Of a stretch of DNA of 64,000 nt, positions 50,252-59,857 are shown one piece after another. Where the stretch lies: assembly GCA_050250375.1 (NCBI GenBank), contig JBFWOS010000001.1:407090-471089 (forward strand), written 5' to 3'. Source of the DNA: Candidatus Omnitrophota bacterium. GTDB taxonomy: Bacteria; Omnitrophota; Gorgyraeia; Zapsychrales; Zapsychraceae. A program made the position numbers and the translations under genes. Under the pieces are notes generated by a model. It worked only from the letters and a program-made list of their open reading frames with translations. It was not told the origin of the DNA and ran no database searches. The number at the start of each line of letters is the position of its first letter. The first letter of the stretch is position 1.

Positions 50252-51030
50252 GTTGTTTTTTGAAGTTCAATTTTACAAAACATTCCCACCCACGAATTTA
50301 AAGGTGAAATTAGGACTTCAAGAAATTTAACCAAAGGATATGTGCATGACGGCACAAGTTGTCTCATTGAGACGCCACCACTGAGCAAATATCGAATAGG
50401 TGTATGATTTTGGTATGATTTAATCTTAAGAGAAGGATACTCTTGTTGAAATTTGGCGCGATCCCTAAAAAATATTATCCACGGGAGTGCTCCATTGGCA
50501 TCTGACATCGGGCCATCACCTTCAATATTCCACCCGGAGGCCGGATCAAATTGCTCGTGATGGAAATTCTGAAACACGAATCTGCTCCATATCGTATTCG
50601 CCGGCTCAATCATAACAATTCTTCCATTGACTTTAAGACAGCGGTCCATTTCGGTTAAAATTCTTCGAGGATTCTTTATGTGATGCAAAACATCAATCAT
50701 TAGAAATGCATCGACACTATTATTTCCAAACGGCATCGCCTCAGCGGAGAAACAAAGATCAATCCCCTTTAAATCAAGTACATCTGAGGTGAAAACTTTT
50801 GGATTGATTTCCTTTATAAACCCGCCCCCACTTCCTAATTCTATAAACTTTCCGTTAGGGAATTGTTGAATAATTTTCTTAAATATCAGATAATTTTCAT
50901 TATAGATTTTCGTTAGAAAGGGTTTATTTTTGATAATACGGGAATGTAATTCAGTGGTACGTGGATCATCCAGACTTGTTATCGTATCAACTTCTGGGAG
51001 TTTCAACCATTTTTTTAGGTGTTCAATCAT
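50248..51030 (-). CDS. Class I SAM-dependent methyltransferase
   Basis: ELGSGGG…VDAFLMIDVLHH…GRIVMIEP. Confidence 0.75.
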   Translation of the reverse strand: MIEHLKKWLKLPEVDTITSLDDPRTTELHSRIIKNKPFLTKIYNENYLIFKKIIQQFPNGKFIELGSGGGFIKEINPKVFTSDVLDLKGIDLCFSAEAMPFGNNSVDAFLMIDVLHHIKNPRRILTEMDRCLKVNGRIVMIEPANTIWSRFVFQNFHHEQFDPASGWNIEGDGPMSDANGALPWIIFFRDRAKFQQEYPSLKIKSYQNHTPIRYLLSGGVSMRQLVPSCTYPLVKFLEVLISPLNSWVGMFCKIELQKTT

Positions 51031-51098
51031 TACTTTATTATTGCTGTAGCTGGTTTTGTCAAGGACAACATTCTTGTTAATGCATAATATGTGAAAGA

Positions 51099-51833
51099 TT
51101 AATTCCCTTTCTTTTCAGCCGTTATATATAGTGAACCCGAAATCTCCTTAAGCAAGGCTGCCTTTTCCAAGACATTACCGAACTTGGAGACAATAGGAAT
51201 CAAGACTTCTGGTGTTAAGGGATGCAGAAAATCAAACGGTTGGATTCTAATATTTGTAAAATGACACTTTTCCAATAACCCTAATAATTGCCACCGCGAG
51301 AAAGCTGTTTCATCAGGGCTTACTCGCGCCAGCTTTCGAATAAATTTAAAACTTCGCTCCAAGAAAATTTGCGGATTCAATATATTGGGTTCAGTAAAAG
51401 AAATACCCCCTCCAGGTTTAAGAACCCGGTGGCATTCTATTAAAGCCTTTTCAATGTCCAAATGATGTAGAACCGAACTCCCTATAACAGCATCAAATTC
51501 CGCATCCCTATAAGACAATTCATAGGCGTTTTCAAGTTTAAAAGTGACATTTGAAGAAGTCACACGGTTCCGGGCGACCTCCAGAAGATCCGGTGAAATA
51601 TCATTTGCGATTATGTTCGCGCCGCTTTGCGCCAAATATTCTGTGAAATATCCAACACCACATCCCAATTCTAACACCGTCATACCTTTCAAAATATGCC
51701 TGGTGAGCATTTCAACACGTCTTTGTCTACGAATCTGTCCAGCTGGAGTTTCCCAATACCATAAGGTACCAGACCAGGATTCTTTCAATAGTTTTCCATG
51801 TTCAATTTCATTCTTAATGCGCTGATCAGACAT
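51099..51833 (-). CDS. Class I SAM-dependent methyltransferase
   Basis: VLELGCGVGYFT…FDAVIGSSVLHHL…LKPGG. Confidence 0.8.
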   Translation of the reverse strand: MSDQRIKNEIEHGKLLKESWSGTLWYWETPAGQIRRQRRVEMLTRHILKGMTVLELGCGVGYFTEYLAQSGANIIANDISPDLLEVARNRVTSSNVTFKLENAYELSYRDAEFDAVIGSSVLHHLDIEKALIECHRVLKPGGGISFTEPNILNPQIFLERSFKFIRKLARVSPDETAFSRWQLLGLLEKCHFTNIRIQPFDFLHPLTPEVLIPIVSKFGNVLEKAALLKEISGSLYITAEKKGN

Positions 51834-51840
51834 GGCAGGA

Positions 51841-53274
51841 CTAATCTTCTCTTTTAATATAGAATTCTCGGCGGGGAACCAAAATAAGTTCTCTAAATCC
51901 TCTTATACACGCTGCCAGCAAATGCATACCGTGCTTGAAAGATCTCATTTTTGATTCTCCGGAAACCCGTGATTTATAATGAACCGGGACTTCCATGATT
52001 TTACTTCCCAGTTTAGCAGCTCCAAATAACAGGTCAAAATCTCCCCACTTGTCTTTTCCCCACTTTATGCGTTTGAAATCTTTCTTATAAAGAGCTTTCG
52101 TTCCGCAAAGTGTATCTGTCAGATTCTGTTGAGTAATAAAACTCATAATCCAACCAAAAATTTTATTCCCGAATAAATTAATCATACGCATAGCCTGGTC
52201 TTCCATCGGATAGACAAGTCGTGTCCCATTCACAAATTGACAGAGCCCTTTGTTTAATGGGTTAAAAAATCGTGGGAGCTCTTCAGGCGGAGTTGAAATA
52301 TCGGCATCCAAGATCATGATTATTTCTTCCTCCGCAGCATCAAATCCGGCCTTAACAGCCTGGCCTTTCCCGCGATTCGGGCTATAATCAATTAGTTTTA
52401 AATTCGGAAATTCAGCCTGCAAGGACCGGACTTTAGCCGCTGTTCCGTCTTTACTTCCGTCATTGACAACAACAATCTCCGTTCGTTTACCCATATGAGG
52501 TACCCGTCGAATAGCATCCTCAATATTCCCTTCTTCATTATAACAAGGGATGATGACGGAACATCCACATCCCAAATCCGTTTTATTTTCAGGCTCAGGT
52601 TGGATCGTAAGATACTGGGTTGAAGAAAGCAAACTGAATGGCCATAACCGGATTCCTACCGAATTGGCTAAATATGATAAAAACGGAATATATTTTGGAA
52701 AAAGCAACAAGTGTCCATAATAACTGACAGAAAAATCCATTAACTCTATAACTTTAAAGAGACTGCGCCGTTCAATAAAGTTATGCGGACCTTCCGGCAT
52801 CTTTGCATTGATTTTTTCCATGAACATCAGGATCGGGTCCCACCATGGATTAATCGTTGTGAGAAAAATCTTGGTCGTTGGTTTACAAAACTTGTAGGCA
52901 CTTCGGAATACATCCATGACATCGTATACATGATCAACGATATCGACCATAATAATATAGTCAAACTTTTCATCCAAGTTAAAATCTTCCACCGGTGAAT
53001 GAATAAATTCATACTGGGGGAATTTCTTTCTGGCAACCTTGAGCATTTCTTCACTGAGATCCACCCCAACCCCCCTTGAAGGCTCCATATATGCCAAGAT
53101 TTCTCCCGTACCGCATCCAAATTCAAGAACGGAACTTCCTTTGGGAATCATCTGTGAAATAAAAGCCTTAAGGGTATTGTAATAATACGCATTTTTTTGC
53201 TTCCAATAGTCGTAATTCGGGGCAATTTTATCAAAATGTTGCCGGACTTCATCTTTGGTCATTATAGGTGTCAT
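51841..53274 (-). CDS. Fusion protein: N-terminal class I SAM methyltransferase plus C-terminal GT2 polyprenol-phosphate glycosyltransferase (DPM1/CsbB-like)
   Basis: N-terminal VLEFGCGTGE…DYIIMVDIVDHV. C-terminal SVIIPCYNEEGNI…VVNDGSKDGT…ILDADIS…DTLCGTKA. Confidence 0.75.
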   Translation of the reverse strand: MTPIMTKDEVRQHFDKIAPNYDYWKQKNAYYYNTLKAFISQMIPKGSSVLEFGCGTGEILAYMEPSRGVGVDLSEEMLKVARKKFPQYEFIHSPVEDFNLDEKFDYIIMVDIVDHVYDVMDVFRSAYKFCKPTTKIFLTTINPWWDPILMFMEKINAKMPEGPHNFIERRSLFKVIELMDFSVSYYGHLLLFPKYIPFLSYLANSVGIRLWPFSLLSSTQYLTIQPEPENKTDLGCGCSVIIPCYNEEGNIEDAIRRVPHMGKRTEIVVVNDGSKDGTAAKVRSLQAEFPNLKLIDYSPNRGKGQAVKAGFDAAEEEIIMILDADISTPPEELPRFFNPLNKGLCQFVNGTRLVYPMEDQAMRMINLFGNKIFGWIMSFITQQNLTDTLCGTKALYKKDFKRIKWGKDKWGDFDLLFGAAKLGSKIMEVPVHYKSRVSGESKMRSFKHGMHLLAACIRGFRELILVPRREFYIKRED

Positions 53275-53283
53275 ATTCGATCC

Positions 53284-54072
53284 TTACCGTCTATCCCGTA
53301 ATTTTGCCAACAATCTTAAAATTTCAATATAAAGCCATATAAGAGTTACCACCAGCCCGAAAGCCCCATACCACTCCATAAATTTTGGCAACCCGTTTCT
53401 TGAACCGTTCTCAATAAAATCAAAATCCAAAACTAAATTTAAAGCGGCAATGGTTACTACAACCAAACTGAATCCAATCCCTATGGGACCGCTTCCACGC
53501 ATGCTTGAAAACAAGTTTGATCCAAATAAACTGGCGATAAATACAACTAAATAAAATAAAGCAATCGCTCCGGTTGCCGCAATAATTCCCATTCGAAACT
53601 TGTGTGTCACCTTGATAAGTCCAGATTTATAGATAAGAAGCAAGGAGAATAAGGTCCCAAACGTCAATCCCACCGCCTGAATGACCAGTCCGGGATACTG
53701 AAGTTCAAAAAAAGCAGATATGCCGCCTATGGCGAGTCCCTCAAGTAATGCGTAAACAGGGGCTGTCACCGGAGACCATTCTCTCTTAAAACAGGTAATC
53801 AAGGCCACAATAAACCCGCCTATAATTCCGGCCATCATCGCCGTCATTACAACCCCCGGAACTTGGGCAGCGGCACCATCGGGCGCGCCTTCCAGAATCG
53901 GTGAAACATAAGAAGAAATTTTTCCCCACACCCACGTTGCACTCAACATCAATAACCCCAATAGGACAAATGTCTTATTCACGGTTCCTTGGATGGTCAT
54001 ACTTTGCCCCACACCAAAATTTCCGGACTGTTCAAAAGCCCGACTATTTAATACTGGATTTGAAGTTCTCAT
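53284..54072 (-). CDS. Bax-inhibitor-1/YccA-like 7-TM membrane protein (tentative)
   Basis: 262 aa with seven hydrophobic segments and a basic C-terminus (LAKLRDRR). Confidence 0.45.
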   Translation of the reverse strand: MRTSNPVLNSRAFEQSGNFGVGQSMTIQGTVNKTFVLLGLLMLSATWVWGKISSYVSPILEGAPDGAAAQVPGVVMTAMMAGIIGGFIVALITCFKREWSPVTAPVYALLEGLAIGGISAFFELQYPGLVIQAVGLTFGTLFSLLLIYKSGLIKVTHKFRMGIIAATGAIALFYLVVFIASLFGSNLFSSMRGSGPIGIGFSLVVVTIAALNLVLDFDFIENGSRNGLPKFMEWYGAFGLVVTLIWLYIEILRLLAKLRDRR

Positions 54073-54088
54073 TCTAATACTCCTCTCT

Positions 54089-54544
54089 TTAAATTATCCC
54101 GGCCCAGCGGATAGCGATATGCATAATGATATTAGTGTAGATCCCGGCGACAATGTCATCCATCATGATCCCCAGACCGCCTTCAAATTTCTCAAACTCA
54201 TTGACCGGATAAAGTTTGAACATATCCAGCGCTCTGAATAAAAAGAACGCGGTTATTAGCACCGGCCATTTCAAGGGGAGAAGAAAAAATGACAACATGA
54301 TTCCGGATATTTCGTCAATAACCACGCAGGAAGGATCTTTGCGCCCCAAGATATCTTCCATTGGACCGCTAACCAAAAGTCCGATAACAGTAACGCCGGC
54401 TAAAACCACCAGATAGAAAAGAATCGATTTGGACAAAATGATGCACAACAAGGCACCAGCCAGGCTGGCCAATGTTCCCGGCGCCAGCGGTACGTTCCCA
54501 ATATAAAAAAATGTGGATATTAACCTAATAAAACTGCTGGTCAT
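54089..54544 (-). CDS. pgpA: Phosphatidylglycerophosphatase A
   Basis: PGTLASLAG…VVIDEISG PgpA signature. Confidence 0.8.
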   Translation of the reverse strand: MTSSFIRLISTFFYIGNVPLAPGTLASLAGALLCIILSKSILFYLVVLAGVTVIGLLVSGPMEDILGRKDPSCVVIDEISGIMLSFFLLPLKWPVLITAFFLFRALDMFKLYPVNEFEKFEGGLGIMMDDIVAGIYTNIIMHIAIRWAGII

Positions 54545-55128
54545 GATACTCTGAATACTTTTTTGTTATTCATGTAATAGGATACCCCGGAGGCCAAAGT
54601 CATCAAGACTGCAACAAGAACAAGAAAATCGATAACATCATTCCATCGACTGATTGTCACGTCAGACCAGTTATCCGTAAAGCTAGCGGAACGAAGCACA
54701 ACATAAATGAGTATAAATCCCGATGCAATAAATTGTGAGACTGTTTTATACTTCCCGAACTGCTCGGCCGAAAGAACATATCCTTTTGTTTTGGCATAAA
54801 GCCGCATAAAAGTTATAAGCACCTCACGGCCAAAAATAATCAGAAAGACATAAACAGGAACAATGCCTATTTTAACAAAAACCAGAAAAGCCGAAAGCAT
54901 AAGAAATTTATCCGCAATCGGATCCATAATTTTTCCAAAATCGGAAATCAAATTATGTTTTTTGGCCATATAGCCGTCATAATAATCGGTGAATGAGGCC
55001 AAAAAAAATATTATCGCTCCAACAAGTTTAAAGAAAAAGCCATCTGCCATCATTAACAAAATAAAGAAAAACGTAAGCACGATTCTAGATAAAGTTAATG
55101 TGTTGGGTGTTAAAAACACGTGTTTCAT
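54541..55128 (-). CDS. pgsA: CDP-diacylglycerol--glycerol-3-phosphate 3-phosphatidyltransferase
   Basis: DGYMAKKHNLISDFGKIMDPIADK CDP-alcohol phosphatidyltransferase motif. Confidence 0.85.
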   Translation of the reverse strand: MKHVFLTPNTLTLSRIVLTFFFILLMMADGFFFKLVGAIIFFLASFTDYYDGYMAKKHNLISDFGKIMDPIADKFLMLSAFLVFVKIGIVPVYVFLIIFGREVLITFMRLYAKTKGYVLSAEQFGKYKTVSQFIASGFILIYVVLRSASFTDNWSDVTISRWNDVIDFLVLVAVLMTLASGVSYYMNNKKVFRVS

Positions 55129-56435
55129 ATCACCTCTCCTGATAAGTCATACGCCAATGCGTCGGTTATTTTGACTTGGACAAATTCTCCGGCTTTTAAC
55201 GGCTTCTGACTTCGAACGAAGACCACGCCATCTACATCCGGGGCATCATATTCACTTCGACCGATATAAGCATTGTCTTCATTTTCTTGTTTCTCATCAA
55301 TCAATACTTTAAGTATCCGCCCAATAAAATTTTCCTGTATTTCCTGGGAGATGGTTTGCTGGATTCTCATTAATTCATTCATGCGTTGTTTTTTTAGTTT
55401 ATCCGGAATTTGTTTAGGCATGCCCGCGGCAAGAGTGCCTTCTTCTTTTGAGTATAAAAATGTCCCAAGCTTTTCAAATCTTGTATTACTTACGAAATCG
55501 ACTAGATCGGTGAAATCCTGGTCTGTTTCACCAGGCAGTCCAAGGATAAAGGTAGTCCGTAAACTGCCGCTTGGCATTTGTTTACGAAATTTCTCCATCA
55601 GTTCAATCGTTCCCTGACGTGTTATATTCCGGTTCATTTCAGTGAGGATATGGTCACTTATATGCTGCAAGGGAATATCGATATATTTACAAATCTTTTC
55701 TTCCCGGGCCATGACATCAATCAATTCATCCGTCACATGGGCGGGAAAAGCATACAACAATCGAATCCATTGTATATTTTTTGTGACTTTGACAATCTCC
55801 TTAAGCAATTTTGCTAAACTTAACTCATGATACAGATCCATTCCGTACGCCGTAATATCTTGACCAATCAGATTGATTTCGACAACCCCCTGCTGATCAA
55901 GCCGTTTAATTTCGTCCAGGACAGATTCAATCGTGCGCGAGACAAATTTACCTTTCAGTTTTGGGATGATACAAAAGCTGCACTTATTATAACAACTCTC
56001 GCTGATCTTGACATAGGCAAAATGTTTTGGCGTAAGCAAATGGCTAGACGGTATGTCGTTGCGGTCTAATTTTTGAGTTCCGATAATCGCATCTATGCCT
56101 TTGAATTCCTCGCTTAATTCTTTATGGTAACGTTGGGCCAAGCACCCGGCAACAATAACTTTCTTTATCTTACCCTTCTTTTTCAATTCCAATAGATCGA
56201 TGATCGTATCAATTGATTCCTGTTTAGCCTCATCAATAAATGCACATGTATTCACTATCGCGATCTCAGAGTCATCAAAATCAACAATCCGGTGCCCTTT
56301 GCGTTTCAAATTACTTAATATCGTCTGAGAATCAACCAAATTACGGGCACACCCAAGATTAATGATTCCAACGTTCTTTCCTTGGGATTGGCGTTCTTTG
56401 TTAAAGTCTTTGGTTGTTTTTGTAGAATTTATCAT
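55125..56435 (-). CDS. rimO: Ribosomal protein uS12 methylthiotransferase RimO (radical SAM)
   Basis: LGCARNLVDSQ N-terminal MTTase domain, CYNKCSFC radical-SAM cluster and a C-terminal TRAM domain. Confidence 0.85.
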   Translation of the reverse strand: MINSTKTTKDFNKERQSQGKNVGIINLGCARNLVDSQTILSNLKRKGHRIVDFDDSEIAIVNTCAFIDEAKQESIDTIIDLLELKKKGKIKKVIVAGCLAQRYHKELSEEFKGIDAIIGTQKLDRNDIPSSHLLTPKHFAYVKISESCYNKCSFCIIPKLKGKFVSRTIESVLDEIKRLDQQGVVEINLIGQDITAYGMDLYHELSLAKLLKEIVKVTKNIQWIRLLYAFPAHVTDELIDVMAREEKICKYIDIPLQHISDHILTEMNRNITRQGTIELMEKFRKQMPSGSLRTTFILGLPGETDQDFTDLVDFVSNTRFEKLGTFLYSKEEGTLAAGMPKQIPDKLKKQRMNELMRIQQTISQEIQENFIGRILKVLIDEKQENEDNAYIGRSEYDAPDVDGVVFVRSQKPLKAGEFVQVKITDALAYDLSGEVI

Positions 56436-56475
56436 TATTAATTATTCTTCGTTTACCAAAATACGATCAAATCGA

Positions 56476-57465
56476 TCAATTCGTCACCGACAATCCATCT
56501 TTAGTAATTGTCACACTCTTGGCCTTCCGGTTTTTCCGGCCAAGTGCGCCAATTAACTTTCCGTTAACTTCAAATTCCAAATTTATAATATTTTTCCCGG
56601 TTATGACTATTTCCTTATCAGCATCCCAGGATTCAACAGAACCCTTATTTAAGGTTGACTGAAACACTATTTTCTCGTCAGCCTTAACTCTTAGCCAGCT
56701 GTCTTTCTGAGCCCGGATCGTCAATCTCACCTCTTTTTGTACAGGCTGTACGATTGGAATCACGGTCGGTTGTTTCTTGACAGCCACTTCAGGTTTCGGT
56801 TGCGGGGTCGGGACAACAGAAGTGGTAACAACAGGTTTCTCCACCTTAGGTTTAACCTCAATCTCACGAACTTTAGATTCAACTTTTTCCGCATCAATTG
56901 TATGAACTGACTTATTTATAATGTTTTCTTTTTTAACCGTTTGTTTTTTAGGTTTATTCCTCAAAGACTGGGATATAAAGACTATAACTTTGAAAAAAAT
57001 AAACAATACTATAAATATCCCGATAATGGCGGCTATCTGTTTTTTTCGTTGATGGGTCAGATATTTCTTAAGCGCTTGTTTAATATTAAATTCAAAATCT
57101 GTATCAACCTCTTGCTTAACAACCTTAGGCAGCTCCTCCTTATGATACTCTTCAATCACTTCCGTGACGTCTATGTTCAGATAACCTGCATAAATTTTGA
57201 GAAAGCCCTTAATATAAAATGGTGATAAAGTCCGAATCGTGTACCCTTCTTCTATAGCTTTTAGGGCATCTAACGGAATCTTGGTCGCCTCATGAACAGC
57301 TTCAAGACTTAACCCCTTTTCAATCCTTGTATTCTTCAAGAGTACCCCTTTTCTTACAGGACTCTCTTGGACCGATGGGTTTTGATTTCTTTTATCCGGC
57401 CCCTTATCTTTGTTCTCAGATTCTTCCATTTCTACCTCGACTTCTTGATTGCCGTCATTCATTGT
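56476..57465 (-). CDS. rodZ: RodZ-like cytoskeleton protein (HTH_XRE + TM + DUF4115)
   Basis: HTH (LKNTRIEKGLSLEAVHEATKIP), one TM helix, and C-terminal …SWLRVKADEKIVFQSTLNKG…. The start is probably at the internal MNDGNQ; the track ORF extends to 57546. Confidence 0.7.
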   Translation of the reverse strand, partial: TMNDGNQEVEVEMEESENKDKGPDKRNQNPSVQESPVRKGVLLKNTRIEKGLSLEAVHEATKIPLDALKAIEEGYTIRTLSPFYIKGFLKIYAGYLNIDVTEVIEEYHKEELPKVVKQEVDTDFEFNIKQALKKYLTHQRKKQIAAIIGIFIVLFIFFKVIVFISQSLRNKPKKQTVKKENIINKSVHTIDAEKVESKVREIEVKPKVEKPVVTTSVVPTPQPKPEVAVKKQPTVIPIVQPVQKEVRLTIRAQKDSWLRVKADEKIVFQSTLNKGSVESWDADKEIVITGKNIINLEFEVNGKLIGALGRKNRKAKSVTITKDGLSVTN

Positions 57466-59740
57466 CTTCACCCTGCATATTCTCCAAAAGCCATTGTTCC
57501 CGATCAACCAATATATCCCTTGGCTTGCTTCCGCAGTAAGGGCCAACGATGCCCGCCTGTTCCATCATATCAATTAGCCTTGCCGCTCTAGTATACCCCA
57601 ATCGCATACGCCTTTGTAAGATTGAAACGGAGGCCTGATTTGTTTCAATAACTAACTGGACCGCCTGGTCGTAATATTCATCCTTTTCTTCTCCTGCATT
57701 CACTGCTCCGGCTTTGTGGCTATTTAGAATATTCTCATCATAAGAAGGTGCTTGCTGGTCCTTAATAAACTGAATAACCTTACTGATCTCTTCGTCCTTT
57801 ACATAATTCCCCTGCCCACGGGTCGGCTTGGCATCACCGGGTTTAAGAAATAGCATATCCCCTTTCCCCAACAAGCTTTCAGCCCCATTCATGTCAAGAA
57901 CTGTTCGCGAATCTACTTTGGATGCAACTTTAAAGGAAATTCTGGCCGGAAAATTCGCTTTAATGACTCCTGTAATGACGTTAACCGAAGGCCGTTGCGT
58001 TGCCAAAATCAAATGTATCCCTACCGCTCTTGATAATTGTGCCAGCCGGGTGATGGAACCTTCCACTCCTTTGGCAGAAACTTGCATAAGATCAGCCAAC
58101 TCATCAATAATAACAACAATGTAATACATGTGATGGCCTTTTTCATTATAGGCCTTTATATTCTTAACTCCGGCTTTTGATAATCGTTTATAACGGCTTT
58201 CCATTTCTCCGACGACCCAATTCAATACCGCTGATGCCTTCTTTGGATCTGTTACCGTTGGAGCTAACAAATGAGGAATGTCATTGTATTGCGCCAACTC
58301 AACCATTTTCGGATCCACCATAACAAAACGAACTTCATCCGGAGAAGCATTAAGTAAAATTGATGTAATAATACCATTAACACAAACTGACTTTCCAGAA
58401 CCGGTCGTCCCGGCAATGAGTAAATGAGGCATATCCGCAAGATCGGCGACCATAGATTTTCCAGCAATATCTTTCCCCAAGGCAATGGTTAACTTTGAGC
58501 CTGAACTACGGAACTCTGGGCTGGTAAGTACGTCTTTTAAGTAGACCGAAGCCGAGGAATCATTAGGGACCTCAATTCCAACCCGACTTTTTCCGGGAAT
58601 TGGGGCAACAATCCTGACGGTTGGGGCTTTCATGGCCAATGCGATGTCGTTCGACAGTGTAGTAAATTTCTGAACCTTTACCCCAGGCCCCGGCTCAAGT
58701 TCATAGCGCGTAATGGCCGGCCCGCGTTCAATATCGACAACCCGTGCCCCGACCCCAAAACTAGCTAGCGTCTCTTCCAAACGTTTAGCATCGTTAATCA
58801 AGTTATTTTGAATCTTATTAGTTGATACTTTAGGTGGATCCTGCAATAAATCGAGACTAGGGATAGTAAATTCGCCGACAATTTGTGGCCCCTCATCCTG
58901 TTCATTTTTCTCTTCATTCGGTTGTGTAATCCGGATTTGAGGTTTTTTGGGCTTAGCAAATTTCTTTTCTATATCATTTTCAGCCGCTTTGACATCTTCC
59001 ATATCCTCTTCAAAATCACTGTCTTGATCGTCTTCAGATAACTCTGGCTCTTCGAAATCATCGTCTTCATCTTTCTTTGATTTCTCACCAACAATTTTCT
59101 TAGACTTAGTCTGCTTTGGGAGGATGGTCGATTGATTTAATTTAATTGATGGCTTAAATGCGGCAATACTGAAATTCCCTTCTTTTAATCCATCCCTAAA
59201 GGATTCAAAAAATGCGATACCGTTATTATAAATTCTAAGAAAAAAAGGAGTAACCAATACCTCCCCGGTTAATATCATGGCCAGAGAGCCCAAAGTAAAT
59301 AAAACAATGTATGTTCCCAACGTACCCAAATACTGATACAAAAAATCTGAAACGAATACACCAACCAGTCCAGCTCGCTGGAAACGATCAATGATATCCT
59401 GAGAACCATATAAACTAATCATCGAACTGATAACACAAAATAATACAATAAAGCTTAGAAATTTTGACACTGTAAAATGTATGTCCCGGGATGTAAACTT
59501 ATTCCAGCTCCAGAAAAGGAGAAACAAAACAAGTGCATAGGCACTATAGCCACATATAAATAAGATACTCCCGGCAATATAGGCTCCGCTAATCCTGATT
59601 AAATTCTTGGCAGGAACATTTGGTTCTGAGGTAAACCAGGAAAGATCATTGGGCGTGAATGATATTAAACTAGCGAATAAAATCATCCCTAAAGCAAGGA
59701 CAATTATCGCTTTGATTTCATTAATATGTTCTTCATTCAT
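57455..59740 (-). CDS. ftsK: DNA translocase FtsK/SpoIIIE
   Basis: N-terminal four TM helices, an acidic linker, the motor domain (GTTGSGKSV…) and a C-terminal gamma domain. Confidence 0.9.
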   Translation of the reverse strand: MNEEHINEIKAIIVLALGMILFASLISFTPNDLSWFTSEPNVPAKNLIRISGAYIAGSILFICGYSAYALVLFLLFWSWNKFTSRDIHFTVSKFLSFIVLFCVISSMISLYGSQDIIDRFQRAGLVGVFVSDFLYQYLGTLGTYIVLFTLGSLAMILTGEVLVTPFFLRIYNNGIAFFESFRDGLKEGNFSIAAFKPSIKLNQSTILPKQTKSKKIVGEKSKKDEDDDFEEPELSEDDQDSDFEEDMEDVKAAENDIEKKFAKPKKPQIRITQPNEEKNEQDEGPQIVGEFTIPSLDLLQDPPKVSTNKIQNNLINDAKRLEETLASFGVGARVVDIERGPAITRYELEPGPGVKVQKFTTLSNDIALAMKAPTVRIVAPIPGKSRVGIEVPNDSSASVYLKDVLTSPEFRSSGSKLTIALGKDIAGKSMVADLADMPHLLIAGTTGSGKSVCVNGIITSILLNASPDEVRFVMVDPKMVELAQYNDIPHLLAPTVTDPKKASAVLNWVVGEMESRYKRLSKAGVKNIKAYNEKGHHMYYIVVIIDELADLMQVSAKGVEGSITRLAQLSRAVGIHLILATQRPSVNVITGVIKANFPARISFKVASKVDSRTVLDMNGAESLLGKGDMLFLKPGDAKPTRGQGNYVKDEEISKVIQFIKDQQAPSYDENILNSHKAGAVNAGEEKDEYYDQAVQLVIETNQASVSILQRRMRLGYTRAARLIDMMEQAGIVGPYCGSKPRDILVDREQWLLENMQGEDNE

Positions 59741-59857
59741 CCTGATAGCGTATTTATTATTAGTATTATTAGGGCCTGGTAAATAAACAGGCAGGTTTTA
59801 TTCAAACCCACCTGGTTTATTGTATCATACCCGGCTAATTCTGGATGAGAATATAAA

